Virus record (IMG/VR): IMGVR_UViG_3300032320_001919
DNA from: an uncultured virus (IMG/VR IMGVR_UViG_3300032320_001919)
Lineage: Duplodnaviria > Heunggongvirae > Uroviricota > Caudoviricetes
DNA length: 20,000 bases
Direction: 5' to 3' (one strand)
This document shows, one piece after another, positions 16,338 to 20,000 of this stretch. Numbering within the stretch: position 1 is the stretch's first letter; each line of letters begins with the position of its first letter. Under the pieces are notes generated by a model. That model made no database searches and was not told where the DNA came from. It saw only the letters and a list, made by a program, of their open reading frames with translations. The position numbers were made by a program, and so were the translations under genes.

Positions 16338-16952
16338 TTACGTTGGACCGTTAGGACCATCTTGCTGAGCAGCATCACCATAAGTGTTAACGCCACCAGC
16401 TTTCTTATCAGAAGTTTCTACGAGCGGAACCCAATAATCGTAAGCAAAGTTTACGCTGAACTCTTCGATAGCATTAGCAGAGTCCCAGTTGAGACCAATA
16501 GCACCAATTCCTGTTGGGAAAGCACCGATAAGCTGATAAGATCTGATTGTTGAACCATCCTTACCATACTGAATGATATCAAGGTCAACCTTGTAGTTTT
16601 CAGTCGCAATTGCTGGGTCACGAACGTTAGAAACTAAACGATTGATAGCATTTGACCAAGTTTCGAACATCGAACGCACTGAGAAGTCTTCATCGTTTAA
16701 CACCGAAACAGACCAATCAGCAAACGCTCTTTCTCCAGCTACCTTGATTTTACGTCCAAAATAAGGAACTTCAATTACAGCAACTGAAGATTCAGGAATT
16801 TCCGCTGTTCTACAAACAAAACGGAACTTATCCTTTGACACATTATCAATACCGATTCCAGGTGGGACAGACATGAACACATTGAATAGAGATGGTCTGG
16901 CACCACCGTATACCAGACCGTTTGACTTGAATGCGCTAATATTAAATGGCAT
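16338..16952 (-). CDS. gp19: Tail tube protein gp19
   Basis: GGARPSLF, IEVPYFGRKIKVAGER.F.DW, NDEDF..R..FE.W, IEEF.V.F.YDYW. Confidence 0.96.
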   Translation of the reverse strand: MPFNISAFKSNGLVYGGARPSLFNVFMSVPPGIGIDNVSKDKFRFVCRTAEIPESSVAVIEVPYFGRKIKVAGERAFADWSVSVLNDEDFSVRSMFETWSNAINRLVSNVRDPAIATENYKVDLDIIQYGKDGSTIRSYQLIGAFPTGIGAIGLNWDSANAIEEFSVNFAYDYWVPLVETSDKKAGGVNTYGDAAQQDGPNGPT

Positions 16953-16980
16953 CTATTTTTACTCCTTTTGAGCTTTCATC

Positions 16981-16988
16981 TATTTATT
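16981..16988 (-). promoter_or_regulatory. Late promoter variant AATAAATA for gp19
   Basis: One mismatch to consensus, overlapping the gp18 stop. Confidence 0.6.
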
Positions 16989-19581
16989 AGAACTTGCCGA
17001 CAACTTCGGAGAATTGAACGCCAGTTCCAACAGCGACGAAGTTCAACTGGATAAAGTTGATGCTTCTTGCTGGCTTAATGTAGATATCACCAACAAACTG
17101 GTTCGAATCAATAATCGCTGGAGTATTATTAGTGTCATCGCAAACTACCAAGAAATCAGTAATACCGCGACGACCCTGAATGTTACGTAGGTAAGGAGTT
17201 ACAAGGTTCTTGAACTGTGCTCTAGTGAACGCATCGTTGAACTCGAATAGAGAGAACTTAGCGGCAGTAGAGATAGCTTTTTCTAGAACAATGAACAATC
17301 TACGAACGTTTATTCTGTCAAAGGCAGAAGGCTTGGCTTGTAATGTCTTGTCACCAAACAACACAGTTCCCTGACCTGGGAATGTTACAACTGGGTTAAT
17401 TCCATTGCTATAAAGAACATCACGTTCAGCTTTACGAGGATTCCAAGAAAGCTTTACAACATTCTTAATATTACCACGGTTGAAACCAGCTGGAGACCAC
17501 CATGCGTCGTTAGTGCTATCAGTGCGTACACATAGACCAGCAATATCACCATTCAAAGGAATCCAACGATAAATGTCGTTGTAACGATCGTATTGGTACT
17601 TATATCCAGAATCAAGAACCGCATAAGAGGTGTTACGGATAGCGCCTCTCCAGTTCTTCAAGCTCAATGCTTCGTTACCAACGTTATTAAGAACCTTTGA
17701 CTTATCTGGCGAGATAAGAGCGATACAATCCTTACGAACTTCGCAGATATTATCGATAATGTAATTTGCAAGTAGGAAGTTATTGATTGTTTCTCCACCA
17801 ACAACAGTTGTTCCGCCGATTGGGCGACCCTGCAATACTAGAGAAATGTCAATGTCTTCTGGAGAAATAAAGAGGTCTAATGCGCTTCCAAGAATTGGAA
17901 GTGTTGCATTTTCTTCACTTAATCCATCTGCACCCAATGACATATTCATATATAGCGGAGCATTATTACTTTCATTTACTAAATTCAAAGCAGTATTTGA
18001 AGGACCAGATGATCTATCTTTTGCAAACCATATGTAGTTTGAGTTTTCATTTATTACTGTTTTGTAGTAATTTGTTGAACCATCATTATTTGTAGCATCT
18101 GTAGCGCGAGATACACCGTTATAAATTTCTAAGATAGTTCCTGGAGTACCTGTGAACAATCCATCTTCATCGGAAACAACAACGTGAAGTTCGTCGCTAG
18201 CTGAAGTGTTACCGTTTAAGCGAACATAGTCGGACTGACCAGGAGGAGTGTCAACAACATTGAAGAATCCCCAATAACGTTGGATAGTGTTTGAAGCAAT
18301 ATCACTGCTTAGTCTGTAAGGCTCTTCAAAAGTTATACTCAATTTTTTTTGGTCTAGAGTAAATGTGTGGCTATTTCCTGCTCCGCTAGCATTAGCAGTA
18401 ACTGCTGAAGTACCAGTTAAGAACTTTGCGTAGTCGGCAGCAATTTTGACGCCTGTACTGTTTGCTTCGAAGATAATGTAACGGCTTCCACCACCCAATC
18501 CACCAGTAGCAGTATTTCCTCCAGAATTTGCATAAACTACTGTGTCGCCATAATTAAAGATCAAATTTCCATTTGAAAAATTGTTAATGGAAATAAATCC
18601 AGTAAACGCATTAATGCTTCCGTTAGAAGAAGAATTACCAAACGTAAGGCTTAAAGATGTGTTTTGTACAACAGAAGAAATAGTTTTAACAGTTAAATAC
18701 TGCTGGTTGTTCAAGCTGTTTCCAGCAATAATAAAATCACCTACTGAAAGTGAAGGTATCACAGTGTTAGCAAAAGTGTTACTTGAAGCATTAGTAGTTA
18801 ATGTCGCAACGGTTGAACCTACATTCAATACTAATTGACTGTCTGTCAATGTGATGTTAGAATTGAATTGATTTGCAGAACTACAAACCGAAACTTTTAA
18901 AGAGTTTCCGATAGAACCAGGATACTTAGCAATATATAAAATATCCGGATCAAATGTACCGTCTAGTGAACTGTACTCGTTTTCATTCTTTACAATTTGC
19001 GAAGCAATATTTGCGACAACGGCATTGTTTTCAGTTGCAACAGCTGTATAAGCTGTATCAGAACGAGCAAATACTACGTTAGAGTTACCACTAGCTCCAG
19101 TGCCTTGAGAAAACACATTAGTAGATATTCTTACAGCTGTAGCGTTTATAATTTCTGTAATTTTAAGATTCTCAGAACCGTTTGGAACAGCTGATGTGTT
19201 ACTAGACTGTGTAACGTACATACCAACTGCTAGTTCAGCAGTGTTTGCAACTGTAAAAATGTTATTTGATGTACCAGTATTAGCTGCCAAATTTACTTCT
19301 AAACTTGGAGTAGAACCTGTAGTTTTAGCTGCACGAGAAACATAAAGGCGATTACCGTATGCTAAGAAGTTTGCAGCGGTAAAAAATGTTTCTGCGTTGA
19401 AGTTTGTTGGCTTTCCGAAACGAACTGCTAAATTGTTTTCAGAATCAACCAGAATTCTCTGGCCTATCGGACCCCAACGAAACACACCAGCAATAGCGCC
19501 GTCAGTAGTAGCTACTGTAGGAACAACTGTGGTTAAATCAATTTCGCTGATATTAACACCTGGACTTAGTTGAAATGGCAT
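16987..19581 (-). CDS. gp18: Tail sheath protein gp18, 864 aa with extra domains
   Basis: MPFQLSPGV..SEIDLT start after an AAGGAG SD, WWSPAGFNRG, FDRINVRRLF, FEFND.FTR, YIKPARSINFI.L.F. Confidence 0.97.
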   Translation of the reverse strand: MPFQLSPGVNISEIDLTTVVPTVATTDGAIAGVFRWGPIGQRILVDSENNLAVRFGKPTNFNAETFFTAANFLAYGNRLYVSRAAKTTGSTPSLEVNLAANTGTSNNIFTVANTAELAVGMYVTQSSNTSAVPNGSENLKITEIINATAVRISTNVFSQGTGASGNSNVVFARSDTAYTAVATENNAVVANIASQIVKNENEYSSLDGTFDPDILYIAKYPGSIGNSLKVSVCSSANQFNSNITLTDSQLVLNVGSTVATLTTNASSNTFANTVIPSLSVGDFIIAGNSLNNQQYLTVKTISSVVQNTSLSLTFGNSSSNGSINAFTGFISINNFSNGNLIFNYGDTVVYANSGGNTATGGLGGGSRYIIFEANSTGVKIAADYAKFLTGTSAVTANASGAGNSHTFTLDQKKLSITFEEPYRLSSDIASNTIQRYWGFFNVVDTPPGQSDYVRLNGNTSASDELHVVVSDEDGLFTGTPGTILEIYNGVSRATDATNNDGSTNYYKTVINENSNYIWFAKDRSSGPSNTALNLVNESNNAPLYMNMSLGADGLSEENATLPILGSALDLFISPEDIDISLVLQGRPIGGTTVVGGETINNFLLANYIIDNICEVRKDCIALISPDKSKVLNNVGNEALSLKNWRGAIRNTSYAVLDSGYKYQYDRYNDIYRWIPLNGDIAGLCVRTDSTNDAWWSPAGFNRGNIKNVVKLSWNPRKAERDVLYSNGINPVVTFPGQGTVLFGDKTLQAKPSAFDRINVRRLFIVLEKAISTAAKFSLFEFNDAFTRAQFKNLVTPYLRNIQGRRGITDFLVVCDDTNNTPAIIDSNQFVGDIYIKPARSINFIQLNFVAVGTGVQFSEVVGKF

Positions 19582-19621
19582 TTTTTTCTCCTTTTTGCGA
19601 GAATGTAGAACATATTTCAAT

Positions 19622-19629
19622 TATTTATT
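19622..19629 (-). promoter_or_regulatory. Late promoter variant AATAAATA for gp18
   Basis: In the gp17-gp18 gap, one mismatch to consensus. Confidence 0.6.
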
Positions 19630-19641
19630 AAAATTAGTTTT

Positions 19642-20000
19642 TTAGAAGTCTTGATTCGTCTGCCACATCCAACTTTCCGGAACTAACTTTTCAAACTCTT
19701 CTTGGTCTCCAAAATCTTCTCTGCCGTCGAAAACGAATCCAAAAGGCGATAAATCTTGATCCATATCTTCTTCAGTTTTTTCTCGGAGAGACATCAAAGT
19801 GTTTATGTTAGTATAGTCTTTAAAATATTGTTGCTCTGAAAGCCAAGCGAACAAAACAAGACACATTACTAAGTCGTCGTGTTTTCCAGACTCTGCTTCG
19901 TACGAGTTACCTTTTTTCGAGAAAGTTGATAATTCGTGAATGGTGTGGTAATCATTGACAACAAACTGGTTCTGTTCGATTAATAGTTTGAGCATAGAAC
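19642..20000 (-). CDS. gp17: Terminase large subunit gp17, C-terminal fragment (begins upstream of the window)
   Basis: LK.LIE, EL.TF, SYEAESG.HDDLVMCLVLFAW nuclease-domain end. Precedes gp18. Confidence 0.93.
   Translation of the reverse strand, partial: SMLKLLIEQNQFVVNDYHTIHELSTFSKKGNSYEAESGKHDDLVMCLVLFAWLSEQQYFKDYTNINTLMSLREKTEEDMDQDLSPFGFVFDGREDFGDQEEFEKLVPESWMWQTNQDF

Noticed and set aside
721..19194. Numerous short plus-strand ORFs in the ORF track
   Set aside because: All are antisense shadows of well-conserved minus-strand genes or cross their boundaries, with no recognisable motifs.
19582..19620. Longer gp18 start given by the ORF track
   Set aside because: The conserved MPFQLSPGV start at 19581 has a proper SD.
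1..20000. CRISPR arrays, tRNAs, stop-codon reassignment
   Set aside because: No spaced direct repeats or cloverleafs were seen in the short intergenic gaps, and core genes are full length in the standard code.

Overview
A 20 kb segment of a T4-like (Tevenvirinae/Kyanoviridae-type) myophage genome in the standard genetic code, with all convincing genes on the minus strand. In transcription order: terminase gp17 (3' end), tail sheath gp18, tail tube gp19, portal gp20, gp67-like core protein, a 452-aa modular protein, an 81-aa protein, prohead protease gp21, scaffold gp22, major capsid gp23, a GIY-YIG homing endonuclease, two paralogous putative capsid-internal proteins, gp3, uvsY, uvsW, late sigma factor gp55, a second GIY-YIG endonuclease, gp47, gp46, peptide deformylase and the 5' end of a DenV-like glycosylase. 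T4-type late promoters (TATAAATA) and a CUUCGG terminator are visible. Four observations stand out. (1) A probable overprinted 78-aa gene lies inside uvsW, with its own Shine-Dalgarno, over an unusual insertion in the helicase. (2) A homing endonuclease sits in the gene 47 start, leaving an orphan MKIALITD-stop stub upstream and a recoded start downstream. (3) The 452-aa protein looks like a protease-cleavable polyprotein of small modules. (4) Two paralogues carry T4 internal-protein-like capsid targeting sequences. All family assignments are from recalled motifs and synteny, not database searches.
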